Below are positions 1 to 11,765 of a stretch of 64,000 nt of DNA, one piece after another. This stretch comes from Phoronis australis. Taxonomy: Eukaryota; Animalia; Phoronida. The stretch covers positions 773,291-837,290 of the forward strand of contig NMRA01000080.1 in the NCBI GenBank assembly GCA_002633005.1, written 5' to 3'. Within the stretch, counting starts at the first letter, position 1; each line of letters opens with the position of its first letter. The notes below the pieces were generated by a model that was given only the letters and a program-made list of their open reading frames with translations, made no database searches and had not been told where the DNA came from. Position numbers and translations under genes: made by a program.

Positions 1-706
1 GTTGCCGGCCAAACATTTTGAGCCTAAGTAGTGTATACTAACACATTGTTGTGATATTTTGATTGTGATTCATTGTTATCTAACTTCTGAATTACTAGTT
101 TTGTATTGAAATAGAAAGTAGAGGTTAGTGTTGTCACAGACAGATCTAGGATGTTGGAGGGGGGACCAAGTGCAATTTCCGCTTGACAAAATCTTCGCGG
201 GACCTGTAAAAATGACCTGCAGGCTTTGTTTTTGGCTTGGTCACGTCTGGTAGGAGCAGCAGGTGCCTTTTTATTGCTAGTGTTGTACGTTACATCTTGC
301 TTGCAGGTACCTCGTGTGTGAATCTCAGCCAACCTGTTGCTGCTTCAGTCCGTCAAAAGCCACTCTTGTGTTTGCTGGCATGGTGAGTGTTGTAAACATT
401 TTTTGCTGTTAAATCAACCGTTTCCAAAACAGGTGGTGTATGTAACACAATTATGAATAGGTTAAATAGTTCTATTTCATTGATTATGCCTGTTTTAATA
501 TTAATCACGCACATAACCTTTAAGAGGAAATCTTGTGTAAAATTATTACCAATGATATAAACCATGTTCATTTGGCTTCTTATCCTGAGATAGTGGTGGA
601 CAAAACCAAGCAATGGAATAAGGGGTGTAAGGTTGTGATGCAGGTCCGTGCGCTACCATATAATTATGTATGGAGACGTGAGGTACATTTTGCTTTCCTC
701 TAACAG

Positions 707-917
707 GTGGACGGTTCCCTGGTGGTGTGGGACCTGCGAGAGTCGACTTCACTGCACCACACCCTCAGGATGCACGGCGGGGAGTGGTCACTACGTAACC
801 CCACTTACAGCACTGCAGGGGTCCTCGGTGATGAGAACCACCACTCCGCCGTCACCACAGTGCTGCCCATCGTGTCAACATCGGATAGTGCAATGAGTTC
901 GCTGCTATCGAATGAAG
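707..917 (+). CDS. DYNC2I1: DYNC2I1 exon (VDGSLVVWDLRE...SNE)
   Basis: Acceptor tttcctctaacag at 706; donor G|gtattc at 918; WD40 motif. Confidence 0.85.
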
Positions 918-3900
918 GTATTCAGTCGCATGGTATACAGTCGCATGGTATGCAGTCGCATGGTATGCAGTCCCATGGTATGCAGTCACATGGTATGCAG
1001 TCACATGGTGTGGAGTTGATTTTGTCAGTACTGATCTGCACCGTATGTGAGACGTTAATCAAGGAGAAGTTATTTCCTCATCAGTGGTACTTGTATTCTG
1101 TCCTCAACCTTGATATTCCCCACAACAACATTCAGGCTTGTTCTTGGTTTGTTTTATAACTTGGAATAGGGTCATTCCACCAACTCATCAACAGGATCAG
1201 CGGAGGACATAACTCCCTGACTATATTGTCCAGTAGTCAATCTCAGATTTCCCTCTACCCTGATCCTATGCAATCCCTGTTGTAATTTCGAGCAAAAAGT
1301 GTGACAAACACCTAATGTATGCAAGAACACTAGTCTCATAGCTGAAATTTTACCATCCAAATTCTACCCATAAGGTTGTGCACCACTCATGAACACCACC
1401 GTGGCTCACTGTGCTTATTGTGACCTGACTCAACGAGACTTTTCTCCTTTTTAGATGTTGGATCCGGTCTTTCATTCCAGTTGGCATCTCTCGAAGAGAA
1501 TTCCATTGTTCACTTATGGGTATGTCCTGCTGTGTAAAGTGAACTTGAAATTTACCAGATTTTGCTTGTGCGCCTTTTACTGGTGTTAACTGGAATGTGG
1601 ATATAATCTACAAAAGATAAAGTATTTTTTAAGTATTAAATTCTCAAAATATTTTTCTATTGAAGCCATAATCATGTGTATTCGTATTAACTGAAACTTA
1701 ATTGTTTTAAATCTTTGCTAATAAATTCAACTGTGCTAACCATGTCATTTTTTGCAACAAATTCTTAAATAACGTTGACACTTTAGGTGGTTGCGGAGAT
1801 CTCCAATCCTGACACAGCGGGTTCTGAGTCGGATCTGGGTCTCTCCCCGGGAGGTCGCATCAAGCTATTGAAAAGCTCGTCCATAACACTGGCAAACCCT
1901 ATCAGTCGTGACAGTCGTGTGAAAGCCCCATTGAGAGCCTCACAGATGAAGCTATTGCCGTCCAATCCAAACCACTACTATGTGGGAACTGACTCAGTAA
2001 GCACTTGTCTGTCACCATGTTTTTTCCATCAATAGCTTTTCTTCCACTTGGTGTGCAGATTGCAGTAAATTTGACAGAATTAGCAACAGTGAACTTGAGT
2101 AACGGGGGGTCTTCGCGCATAATCACCAAACTTTACTCTATCCCTTTTATTACTCAAAACTTAGGAAATACTCAGACTGAGTAATTTCTCATGTTTTGGA
2201 GACCACATATTCAACCAAAAGTACACACAGTTTTGATTAATTCTCAGTTTTCCAGACTGTACTCAGACCGCCACTAAATCTTGAGTAAATTGTCAAGTAA
2301 CTTTGGGAAAAAATTCCAAGACTACTGTCTAGCATTCTTGAAAAAGAACTCAGATATACAGTGCAGTTTCTTTGAAGCCTCAAGTTCACAATTTGATACC
2401 TTGATACACTTTGATACAGTGCGAGTAAATTTACTAAAATTTCAGTTGGTATGAATAAATAAAATTTGATTTACAAAGTACGTAGAGTGCACTTTTTATT
2501 CGAACATTTCACACTCGGATAACAATGATCTTTTTCTTGTCTCCTTTACTGGGCTGTAGAAGGTGCTAGGTTTCAAAATGGGCTTAAAATCTATTAATTT
2601 TTCACATGTTTTATCACACCATGGACTTCTACATCAACTCGATAGTTCTCAAATCTAAGTACATCTTGAAATTTTGGTGGTTCCCATTTCTTGAGTATTG
2701 GTCTAGTGAGTACAAGTTGAAGGAAGTCTCGGGGGGGGGGGGTTAATGGTCTTGGTATACCTTGGTGGAAGTGTGGTGTCTTCTACATAGTTCAAAGTAA
2801 GGTCTGACTTCACACCACGAAGATCATTTGCTAGATTTCGTCTACATTCTCTCTAGGGTATGGTTCTCCATGGATCTCGACATGGTGGTAAAGTTGTGCC
2901 AAAAGTCTACAAACAAGAAATAGGTACTTTGATCTTCTCTGTCATGTTTGTGTAACTTTTCTTCATGTGTGAGACTGTAAGTAAAGTTGTATCAAATGAC
3001 AAAAATTACCAGAGTGACTAATCAACATATTACCAAGCAGGGTTGTGTTCTGTCGCAAACTGGACGTCCATAGATTGTTTATTGAGGCAGTGCTATTAAA
3101 ACTTGTGTAATTGTGTAAAATGCTGCAGTGTCACTGCAAACTATGAAATAATTATATATTTAAATTCCCATGTAAAGTTTGTAACCTGATAATTCAGTTG
3201 ACCTTCGACCTCTGTTCCAGACTCCCCCGTGAATGTCACGTCCATCGACTTCTCACCGTTCAATGTCACTAGCTTCCTGGCAGGTTTAGAGGACGGCAGT
3301 GTCGCCATCTACAGTCTCACTAACGGTATGAGTCTCGCTCTGACAACATTCATGTTTGGACAGGAAACAAATAAACAAATGTACTGAATGTCGTACGTTT
3401 TACAGTTGTGATTTAGTTGATCTCAGGAACCATTCTTTGGACATTTTGAAGAGAAAGACTTAATCTGTGGAGAGCGGCTTGTAGGACAGACACAAAGGAA
3501 AAATTCTAGCTTTTTATCGGTTTTTCTAAACGTAGTAAATATTATGTTATTTGAACTAGAAAATAAAATAAAAAGATGAAACTATCATCATCATGATAAA
3601 ATAAAGGAAATTCTTATTGCCGACTGCGTCTCTGCATGTTGCCGCTTAATGTGCATCTGTGTCCCGCATGCCATTGAGAAAAGACTGGTGTATGAGATAT
3701 CTGGATTTATGGTTACGCCAGGAATTCAACTACATTATTTTATTTTCCTTATGTTGTTCGAGAAAATGAGCCATGGTATACATTTCTGTAGAACTGCCTG
3801 CTGTTGTGTGGCCGAGCTCAACCAACGGTCGTGCAGTAGTCTCGATCCAGTGGTCAAGAAGTCGTCCGTGTGTCTTCTATGTACTGGATGATGACTCCAA

Positions 3901-6768
3901 GCTTCACATCTGGGACCTCAGTCAGAGCGACGTCAGGCCGGTGAAAGTGGAGCAGTTCTCATCTGGAAGGTTGTTAAATGATGTGTTGTTATGTTGTAGA
4001 TATACATTGGTTTGCTATTCAGCACTATTTATTATAAAATATTATTTAGGTGTAAAAATTAATTCAGCGATATCAGTATGATATATAGAGGCTTTGGTAA
4101 TCTGCAATGGTCATGATTTTTTCATGTGACGTAGCTTCAGAATGCAAATTGTATTTTACAGTGCAATCATGATACTTAGTGAAATGTAATTTCTTTTTTA
4201 TTGTAACAAAAATCAGATAAGAGACTTTATGCTGAAAATTCAACACTTCATTCCTTTATGCTGTCATTGGTTATTTCTTCTCGTTATTGTGGCCAGTAAT
4301 GAGAATTGTTATAAGGTGCAGCTTTAAAACATAGCGTCTTGTGTCTCCATTTTCTTTTTTGGTGCTTCAACCATTTTTTTTTCCAACCCAAATTGTGAAT
4401 TAGATCTTAGTACTCGTGTTTTTACTGACGTGTAATGCATAACTGTGTGTACACATTTTCCTCCAAACCCAATTCACACCTGTTGCAGATTGAAGTCTTT
4501 CTCCTTGTCTAATGACCACAGCGCCACCGGACTTGGACTGCCAGGCAGACAACCACAGATGGTAAGGTCATGATGAAATGATGAACATCGTCTCCGCTTG
4601 CCTTATGCAGAGAGAGTTCAGCCAATCCAAGAAAGATGTGATATTAAAAATCAGTGAAATGCCACCTACATAACTTTTATAGTAAATAGGCAACAGAGTA
4701 AGACAATTTCTAAATGCAATATCTTCAAGGTGGCATATCCAGATATTGGCTAAAACTGGCCCTAAAGGACTACCCATGGCATCCCCATCCTTTTAGTCAA
4801 AGTACTCATCATTAACCATGTGATTTTCTTTAATAGCGACGGTCAAAAATTTCTTTAGCTGAGTTCTATTCATGTTTTGCACCAAGTCCGTGTTACAAAG
4901 CGGTCTGTCCAGACAGCAGCTAATTGTATCATCGACTGGAACATTGCTGACCTGGCTAGCTATGATGAAACTGACCATGTATAGGGCACTATGAAATGCT
5001 TTAATGTCCCTGATTAATTGAAATATGTCCTTGAGCATGAAACCAGAGTCAGGAAGTCGAATAGTTTTTGTGTACGTGTTATTGCATCTGTTTACTGATG
5101 ATGATGTTGAGGAATATCGAAACATCGTAATATGAAGCCTGTAATACCTGCCACAGACAGGATCATTGGGGATATGCTGGTGCATTAATCTCCTCCCCAG
5201 ACCATCCCTGGGACAGCAGAAGGCGCAGAACTCCAGGGCTCATGTTGCCTGTCAGCATCTGATCGAATAACACTCGTAACATGAAGCACAGTGAATTGTT
5301 TTTGTTATTTAACTTTCTATTCATCATCTGGCCAAGAACTAAGTAAACGTTATCAGCTCTATCAAAAGTATCGATAACATAATTTTATATGAATGATATA
5401 AATGTTCAGGTAAGGTGACATCTCAAAAACACTGTGTCTTAGTTTTCTAAAGTATTTCATTTTCATTTATGAAACTTCTTTTTCATGAAAATCATAAAAG
5501 TCCTATTTTTTGTATCCCCTCAACCACGAATGGAACATTTTAAAAACAATTTCTAATAGAATTTTGGACCACAGCACATAGCGCATAGTATCTGAAAGTT
5601 TCTTTTGACTGCAATCGACCATTTCTGGGATTCAATTTTTTTTTTAAGTTTTGATGTTTGCCCCCCTCCTGCCCAGGAAATTTATCTGTGTTTTCCTCTA
5701 AAAATCAAGCGTTTTCCTTGATTCCTGAAGTATTATCCAAGAAAAAAAGGCAAAAAAAAAACACGGAGAAAGTGTCACACAGGAAAACTGCAAGTACCAC
5801 AGACTTGAACTCATGACCTGGCGGATAGAGCGCGCGCTTTACCACTTCACCACAACGAATTAACTCCTAGTACTAAGAGACCTACTTGTTTATATTCCAC
5901 TGCATTTGCGCGCGAAAACTCCTTTTTTTGTGATGCTTATTACATGTTTTATATTTTGTGATATTAGTTCGTAACAAATTTGTTGTATTTAAAATAGTCT
6001 TCAATTTCCCAAAAGACCAAATCCGTTTTTTGTGTTGGCAATAATGACGCGATTGCTTTGAAAATCGTCTTAAGTTAAGGTTTGACAAAGAGAGAATTAT
6101 GAGTTTCTGAGTGATTCACTAAGGCTTCGATTAAAATTGACATCTTACCAGCAGCTTCTGTTTTTTCATCATCACTTGCATTCCATTCATTTTCTTTAAA
6201 AAATGAAGTAATTTTCTTCATTCCACAGTGGAGCAGACAACGGAAACGGAGTCGTTGTGCCCAGCGCCACTGCCGGTTGCCTGGGATATCACGGGAGAGC
6301 CTATACTTAGCCATAGTTTCGTAGAATTGCGCCATGTTCCCAATTTGACACTTGAAATTGGATCTGAGCCCTCCCCCCAAACACTAGAACTGCACACATT
6401 TAATCTTGTTTCAGCCGTATAATTTTAATTACCGGGGTTAATTAATACACTCAACATTTCCTGACGCTCTTGCTGTTTTAATTTTTTTTGTGGCAGCCAA
6501 GGGGCAGCCATGCCTATGACATTTAATCAATTGTGTGCAAATTGAAGATGACGTTGCGACCATCTTAGCCGATCTGATGCCAAGCTGATGGCCTTTTATA
6601 GAAAGGGTCTCTCCATCTGTGCTGAATGTACAAAAGCGCATTTGTTCATTTTAGGTGCTTTGCTTTGATGATGGTAAAACTGAACTTCACAACATCAGTG
6701 AGACCCTGAGACGTATGCAAGCAAGTGAAGTGGAACAACTAAAGACGTTCCTAGAGAACGTCATTTAG
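707..6768 (+). CDS. DYNC2I1: Cytoplasmic dynein-2 intermediate chain 1 (WDR60), 5'-partial; join(707..917,1455..1519,1787..1996,2857..2923,3221..3325,3792..3969,4489..4561,6655..6768), 340 aa + stop
   Basis: Eight GT-AG exons join in phase (1023 nt). Translation has WDR60-type motifs DGSLVVWDLRE, PTYSTAG..ENH, GLSFQLASLEE..HLWVVAE, GSESDLGLSPGGRIKL, IDFSPF..FLAG, IQWSRSRPCVFYVLD..LHIWDL. Confidence 0.88.
918..1007 (+). repeat. 15-bp tandem repeat x6 (gtatgcagtcrcatg) starting at the splice donor
   Basis: Six consecutive units read directly; gives GIQSH/GMQSH repeats in the ORF track. Confidence 0.95.
1455..1519 (+). CDS. DYNC2I1: DYNC2I1 exon (DVGSGLSFQLASLEENSIVHLW)
   Basis: ctcctttttag acceptor, tgg|gtatgt donor; phase 1 in, phase 0 out. 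Confidence 0.85.
1787..1996 (+). CDS. DYNC2I1: DYNC2I1 exon (VVAEISNPDTAGSESDLGLSPGGRIKL...GTDS)
   Basis: ctttag acceptor, tca|gtaagc donor, 210 nt. Confidence 0.9.
2857..2923 (+). CDS. DYNC2I1: DYNC2I1 exon (GMVLHGSRHGGKVVPKVYKQEI)
   Basis: ctctctag acceptor, ag|gtactt donor; phase consistent. Confidence 0.8.
3221..3325 (+). CDS. DYNC2I1: DYNC2I1 exon (DSPVNVTSIDFSPFNVTSFLAGLEDGSVAIYSLTN)
   Basis: tctgttccag acceptor, cg|gtatga donor; WD40 repeat. Confidence 0.88.
3792..3969 (+). CDS. DYNC2I1: DYNC2I1 exon (ELPAVVW...IQWSRSRPCVFYVLDDDSKLHIWDL...SG)
   Basis: tttctgtag acceptor, ag|gttgtt donor; WD40 repeat. Confidence 0.88.
4489..4561 (+). CDS. DYNC2I1: DYNC2I1 exon (RLKSFSLSNDHSATGLGLPGRQPQM)
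   Basis: tgttgcag acceptor, atg|gtaagg donor; phase 2 in, phase 0 out. Confidence 0.8.
4568..5060 (-). mobile_element. Decayed Penelope-like retroelement reverse-transcriptase fragment
   Basis: Broken minus-strand ORFs encode MVSF..S..SNVPVDDTI and DGDAMGSPLGPVLANIW..HLE followed by a degraded Y.RYVDD (YKSYVGG); hammerhead-like motif adjacent. Confidence 0.75.
5091..5130 (+). ncRNA. Minimal hammerhead-ribozyme-like motif (degenerate)
   Basis: CTGATGA-t-GATGTT-gagg-AATATC-GAAA-caTC; 6-bp stem II; stems I and III imperfect. Confidence 0.5.
5794..5860 (-). mobile_element. tRNA-derived SINE head or tRNA pseudogene
   Basis: Reverse strand has A-box TGGTGAAGTGG and B-box GAGTTCAAGTC at tRNA spacing; no full cloverleaf. 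Confidence 0.55.
6655..6768 (+). CDS. DYNC2I1: DYNC2I1 terminal exon (VLCFDDGKTELHNISETLRRMQASEVEQLKTFLENVI*)
   Basis: ttcattttag acceptor; TAG at 6766-6768. Confidence 0.8.
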   Translation: MLCFDDGKTELHNISETLRRMQASEVEQLKTFLENVI

Positions 6769-7317
6769 TCACCCGTAGTGCATCACCTTGTACAAGAGAA
6801 ATGCAGACAGTGTGAGCTGCATACAAGGGATTGGTGAAGATGATTTGAGTTACGGCAACTCAGAATTTTGCGTTGCACAGTTAGAGTTGCCGAGAAAAAG
6901 TGTGGCAGTGTAACTGTTATCCTCAAGATTCCATTATTTCAGTGCATGATTTCAGGTTTTCTTGCTTTGGGTCGGAGTTGTTTAGATCTTGAAGAAAAAA
7001 TACGATAATTTTACACTTATTTAGCGCAAAAATAATTGACAAAATTGCTGTTTTCCTATTTTTCAAAGCCTCATTACCTTTCTGCAAGTAATTGGGACTT
7101 TATACAAAATGTTTTATAACATCGGCACGCTACGAACCAAGTGAACAATACCCTAAAATTTCTTTATATTTTTGTTGAAAAATTTAGAGAAAATGTAATT
7201 TCACATGTCAGCCATATTGTGTGCTAAACTGGTTACGAATTACTTTACGCATATGAAAGTTGCAACTTCCTGAATGATTATTTTAAAAACTTAACACAGC
7301 CCTTGAATTTTTGATAA

Positions 7318-7323
7318 AATAAA
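7318..7323 (+). promoter_or_regulatory. Candidate polyadenylation signal for DYNC2I1
   Basis: AATAAA about 550 nt after the stop. Confidence 0.4.
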
Positions 7324-8662
7324 TACTTATTTTGGCTAATATTCAAGTGTATTTTCCCATCAGCTATTAGACTTTAAAGATAAAAAACCTGATCAAATCT
7401 AACCTGTGTTGGTCATTCCAAGGAAGCTCTGTGCTAAGGCTGTATAAAGTACCTACATTGAGGCTAGGTTTGGTGGTGTACATGGCAAGAAATGTACGAT
7501 GATACTTGGCTTACCTCAAAATCCAACTGTTGCCTGGTGGTTTGGTTATTGGCCCAATTATGTTTCACGTCCAGCAGAATTGATGAGGAACGTATTATTG
7601 CAACACTAAACAACCATTTAAGGTTGTAAAAGTCACATTTCTTGTCCATTTTTCAAAATTCAAAAACCTAATCACATTTGTTTTTCACAAACTTCCAAAA
7701 CGAAAATTTAACTATACTATTGTCGCCACCAATGTGTTTATGATGGTCTCATTATCTAGAGACCGATTACATCAGCTCCTGAGCCGATTGAATTATTCTT
7801 AACATTATTGTGTCTTTGATCTAAACCGGCAGATTCTGAGGTACGCAACCCGGTCGAGTTGCCCAATCTCGGCTGCTGAGTGCGTCATTGTAGGATAGTT
7901 CTAGTGCAACTTACACTGGCCTTTCGTGCATTGATCTAGGGCATTTATTTTTGGTTATTTATTTAGCAGGCAAATAACCATAATTTTTAATAGCCATAGT
8001 GCTTCAATTCTACGGGAACAAGTTACATTGTGTGTTTGGGCGAAGTTATTTGTCAAACTTATCTGAAATTAATTTAAATCTTGTCCTATTTTTTATAAAA
8101 AGTGCATTATTTCCGGGCCATGAATGTCGAAGAAAAAAGCCAGGAAGCGAAGTTGTAAATATTTGTATTTACGTTTTGATTCGATGGTAGTATATCTATG
8201 CTCACACTGGGTGTAACACTTGGACTGCAGACATTTCTTTCTCAACATAAATTTTCTGCGGCTTGTTTTATTAAAAGTTGCGAGTTCATTTGTAGCTAAA
8301 AAGGTCCTAGCTACATTACTTCAAAACCTACACTGCATTTTCTGAAGAGAAAAAAATTCAACGGACGTTAAGTTGATAACTTTTCATATTTAGATGTATC
8401 AACTGCATTTACAAGCCATGCAAATGAACTGTGAGCAAATTAAAGGCAGTGTTATAACCGCCTTGCCTAAGACCAAAGTTACGACCCTTGATAAAATGGC
8501 TTGGGGTTTGTGTTTCTGGTATTTCATTATCAACTGGTTGATGCGTGTGCCTGTGAGCTTATGCAATTAATTTTGTGATGGCAAACACGCCCTTTCTTTC
8601 CCAAAGGTGCAATAAATAGGGAGGTCACAGGCATGTCACAGCTATGGTGTTGTTGTTAAACC

Positions 8663-8909
8663 ACAGCTTATTATTTAAAATGACTTATTCTTACTAAAAT
8701 GGCATAGACAAGAAATTGAATTTGGGACCTCAAAAGTGGGGCCATCCATATTAATATAGTTGGTTTCACTTGAGAAATATTCGCCGGAAAGTGGCCGGAG
8801 AGTGGGGCCATCCATATTGATATAGAAGAGTCCCACTTTTGAGGCCCGAAATTCAATTTCTTGCCTATATCATTTTAATAAGAATAAGTCAGTTTAAATA
8901 ATAAGCTGT
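8663..8909. mobile_element. Fold-back MITE with about 75-bp imperfect terminal inverted repeats
   Basis: acagcttattatttaaaatgacttattctta...ctcaaaagtggg mirrored by cccacttttgag...taagaataagtcagtttaaataataagctgt; internal direct repeat agtggggccatccatatt. Confidence 0.8.
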
Positions 8910-9759
8910 TAGTCTGTAGCCTACTGGACTGATTGTCAAGGTCTTTTCAACACATGCATTAGAAACTTTCAATACTTGGTGCATTCCATGGTACCTTGTG
9001 CATTGTCAATAGATATGTACAAGTACCTCAAGAGCCAATCCATGGCATTATCAGAATGCTGATTTATGTTCTTTTGTGTCAGTGCAGAGCAATTATGTCA
9101 TATCAACAATGAATCCAGTAGATATCCTTTGAAATGTGATAAATAATTTAATTCACCTGTGTATTGGTGTGTGATGCTGGACAAAATACTGCTAGTTGGA
9201 AATAACCAGATTTATGTCAGGTAAATCTTGAACTGGTGTGGTTTGTGATGTGGCCAATAGGTGGCGTGCAGACCAGACTTAAAAATGTTTGCTAAATAAA
9301 CCAGATTGTTATGTGCATTCAAAAACCTCTGCTCTCTTCTGGAGTTGAGATTAGGGAGATTTTTGTAATATTCCTGCAGAAATGAAGTGGTCCAGTCATA
9401 AAATTAACATCAACACCTGTCCTGGTTTGCTAACCTGGCTCAAAAGTTGAAAAGAATTTGACACCCTTTTGTTGAAAAAGGAACTCATTGGTTCTGTCAG
9501 CACAGAGCCTGCTTTCATTTCACTATATTTGTTGGGAATCCAAACAAACCTGTGAAAACTGTGTTTGTCCCTTCTAAAGTAATCCCATGGGTGCATTTTT
9601 GTGAGTGTTTCCAAATGTTAAGGGAGGTATTTATGGACATGCCTTGTCTTCAGAATTTAACAATATATCTATCAAGTAGAGCTGCATAACATTGGTATTG
9701 CATCCTCTGTTGGGAACTTTTCCCATGACTGTTTTTGACTGGATGCGTTTTGGTAAATA

Positions 9760-10115
9760 CAGGGTGTCCAAAATACATCCACACTTTAGCACAACGCCGG
9801 GATGTCATTGGTTCTGTACATGGGGCCCACTGTATGGTTAAAGCTTGATGTGAAAATAGAGGCCGTGAGCCGTCACGTGCAGGGGTGGGGGGCAAACAGC
9901 TCCGTTTTAGAGAATGAAAATGTTACCTAAATGGAAACTTAAAAATGTCAAGGAAGTGCAAAGTTAGACAGTTAATGTTCTTTCCATGAGGTCAACACAA
10001 CAAGCCATTTATTTAGTAGTTTCATGACTTAATATCATCTTTTTTGTGAATTTAAACCGGTAATCAAGGCACTTGTTGTCATTTGAAGTGTGGGCATGTT
10101 TTTGGGGACACCCTG
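9760..10115. mobile_element. Tc1/mariner-type MITE with TA target duplication
   Basis: TA|cagggtgtccaaaatacatccacactt ... aagtgtgggcatgtttttggggacaccctg|TA. Confidence 0.8.
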
Positions 10116-10559
10116 TATGATTATTTGAGTATCTTTGCCTTTGTGGAAGACCAGGTATGCAGAAATTGTTACAGGTTTGGTCCATGTAAATAGCTTACAT
10201 GCTTTGGGACTAAGTATATGCACTTCACCACCTACTGTATGGTTCAGTTGCTGTGATAAATAAAATATATTATATTTTCATTTTTTGTATTGTTTTCGTA
10301 TCCACCAAGTTGTAATTTGAACGGAAGAAATTCATGCAATTGAAACGTTGTGTGGTTTGGTTTCCTTCTGAATAAAGCGGGCGCCACGATCTTACTGAAT
10401 TTCAAGTTCCGTTCACAATGAAAACGTCGAGGTGAATTGCCCATGATGGAGTATTCCGATTCCTAAAAATGACATGTCACGAGGCACAGAATACTTCTCA
10501 TGAAATCTTCCATGTTGAACTCGCCATATGTTTCTTTAACGGGTTAAGAAAACTTCGAT

Positions 10560-10790
10560 GGTTTTCAGTGTTCAACGCGATTTCACTGCATTTTGTCAGC
10601 GCGTTTGTTTCCGTTTTCATGTAAACGATAATATCGTTTGCGCCCGGTGATAAGGCTAAAAGCGACCAACTGAGGTTCCAGTGTCCAATTTATTCTGTGC
10701 GTGAGTTACACATATACTTTTCGTTTATTATTTTATCGTTCTTTGTTTGCTTCGTGTTATTCTGTTTGTGCGTAGGTAAAATGGTGAGTA
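10560..10790 (+). promoter_or_regulatory. Candidate promoter and first exons of the downstream ITPRID-like gene
   Basis: Locally CpG-rich; strong donors gc|gtgagt (10701) and atg|gtgagt (10784) with pyrimidine tract and tag acceptor (10775) between them. Confidence 0.4.
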
Positions 10791-11515
10791 AACGTTTTCT
10801 GTTTATAGACCAGTTATTCTTTGACCACCGAATTCCACCGTTGGGGTAAGGTAGCTCATATAGTTGTAAGTTTGCTAGGTATTTTGTTAGAATATTATAA
10901 GGTATTCAACGCCGAGACAAAATTTCATTTTCAAACTGAGAGAACCAGCACGAAGAAAGACATGACTGACAGTTTTCCATTTAAATGCATTTTAAATAAA
11001 GTCCTTCGCTAGAATTTGTTTGCTACTGTTTCGATTATTTGACTGAATCTTGGCAACAAATCCGTTCCTTATCAATTTGTAGTGGATTATGAAATGTGTA
11101 CTTATGTCACTTGTCCTATTAAAGGCTTTCAAGAGCTCTTGATGAATGACATTTTTTTCGTTAACTATCAAGACATCTTTTTTAAAATCTATTGGTTTAT
11201 TTACTCCAGACCGTGTGTCGGTCGATTAAATTCCCCCGTCATCTTTAGGTATTACAGTTTTCTTATAAGAACGAGCACGAGTATTTGGTACATTTGGATT
11301 GCATCATTCCTGGCGATGCACGGCAGTGGGTGTTGAACCTAGGGTCTATCTGGGCCCCCTGCCCCCCCCCCCAAATCCGCCTATGATCACGCAAGAATTC
11401 TTAGGATATCGCCATGTATTATGAGCAAAGTACGTGACCACACTAGCTAAGTTCTTTCGGGAAATTCTTTCGTCAACAGTCAACTCGGTTCCAGTCATGC
11501 AAATACCTGCAAGCC

Positions 11516-11765
11516 CAGGGGCGGATCCAGGATTTTGAGTTGGGGGGGCAACCAGAATTTAGGTACATGCGCGCGCCCAGCCTAAAATGAATGGGTGTAG
11601 GGGGGTCTCAAATTTTTGGATTTGTGGACCTCATTACTAAAAAAGAACGAGGTTTGTTCAAGGCCTATGCATTGTGCATTCGCCCCCCCCCNAACTGCCA
11701 AATGGAATCTGGGAGAATTTTAGGGGGAGGGCCATGGCCCCCTTGCCCCCCCAAATCCGCCACTG
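11516..11765. mobile_element. Non-autonomous DNA transposon (CAGGGGCGGAT...ATCCGCCACTG) with 5-bp flanking duplication aagcc
   Basis: TIRs and aagcc on both sides (11511-15, 11766-70); related 3' fragment at about 11350-11385. Confidence 0.8.

Noticed and set aside
10244-10444. Minus-strand ORF starting MGNSPRR with an internal gtaaga donor (possible divergent gene)
   Set aside because: No recognisable homology, and no downstream minus-strand exons could be joined.
11682-11692. N bases in C/G homopolymer runs (also at 38352)
   Set aside because: Sequencing or assembly ambiguity, not biology.
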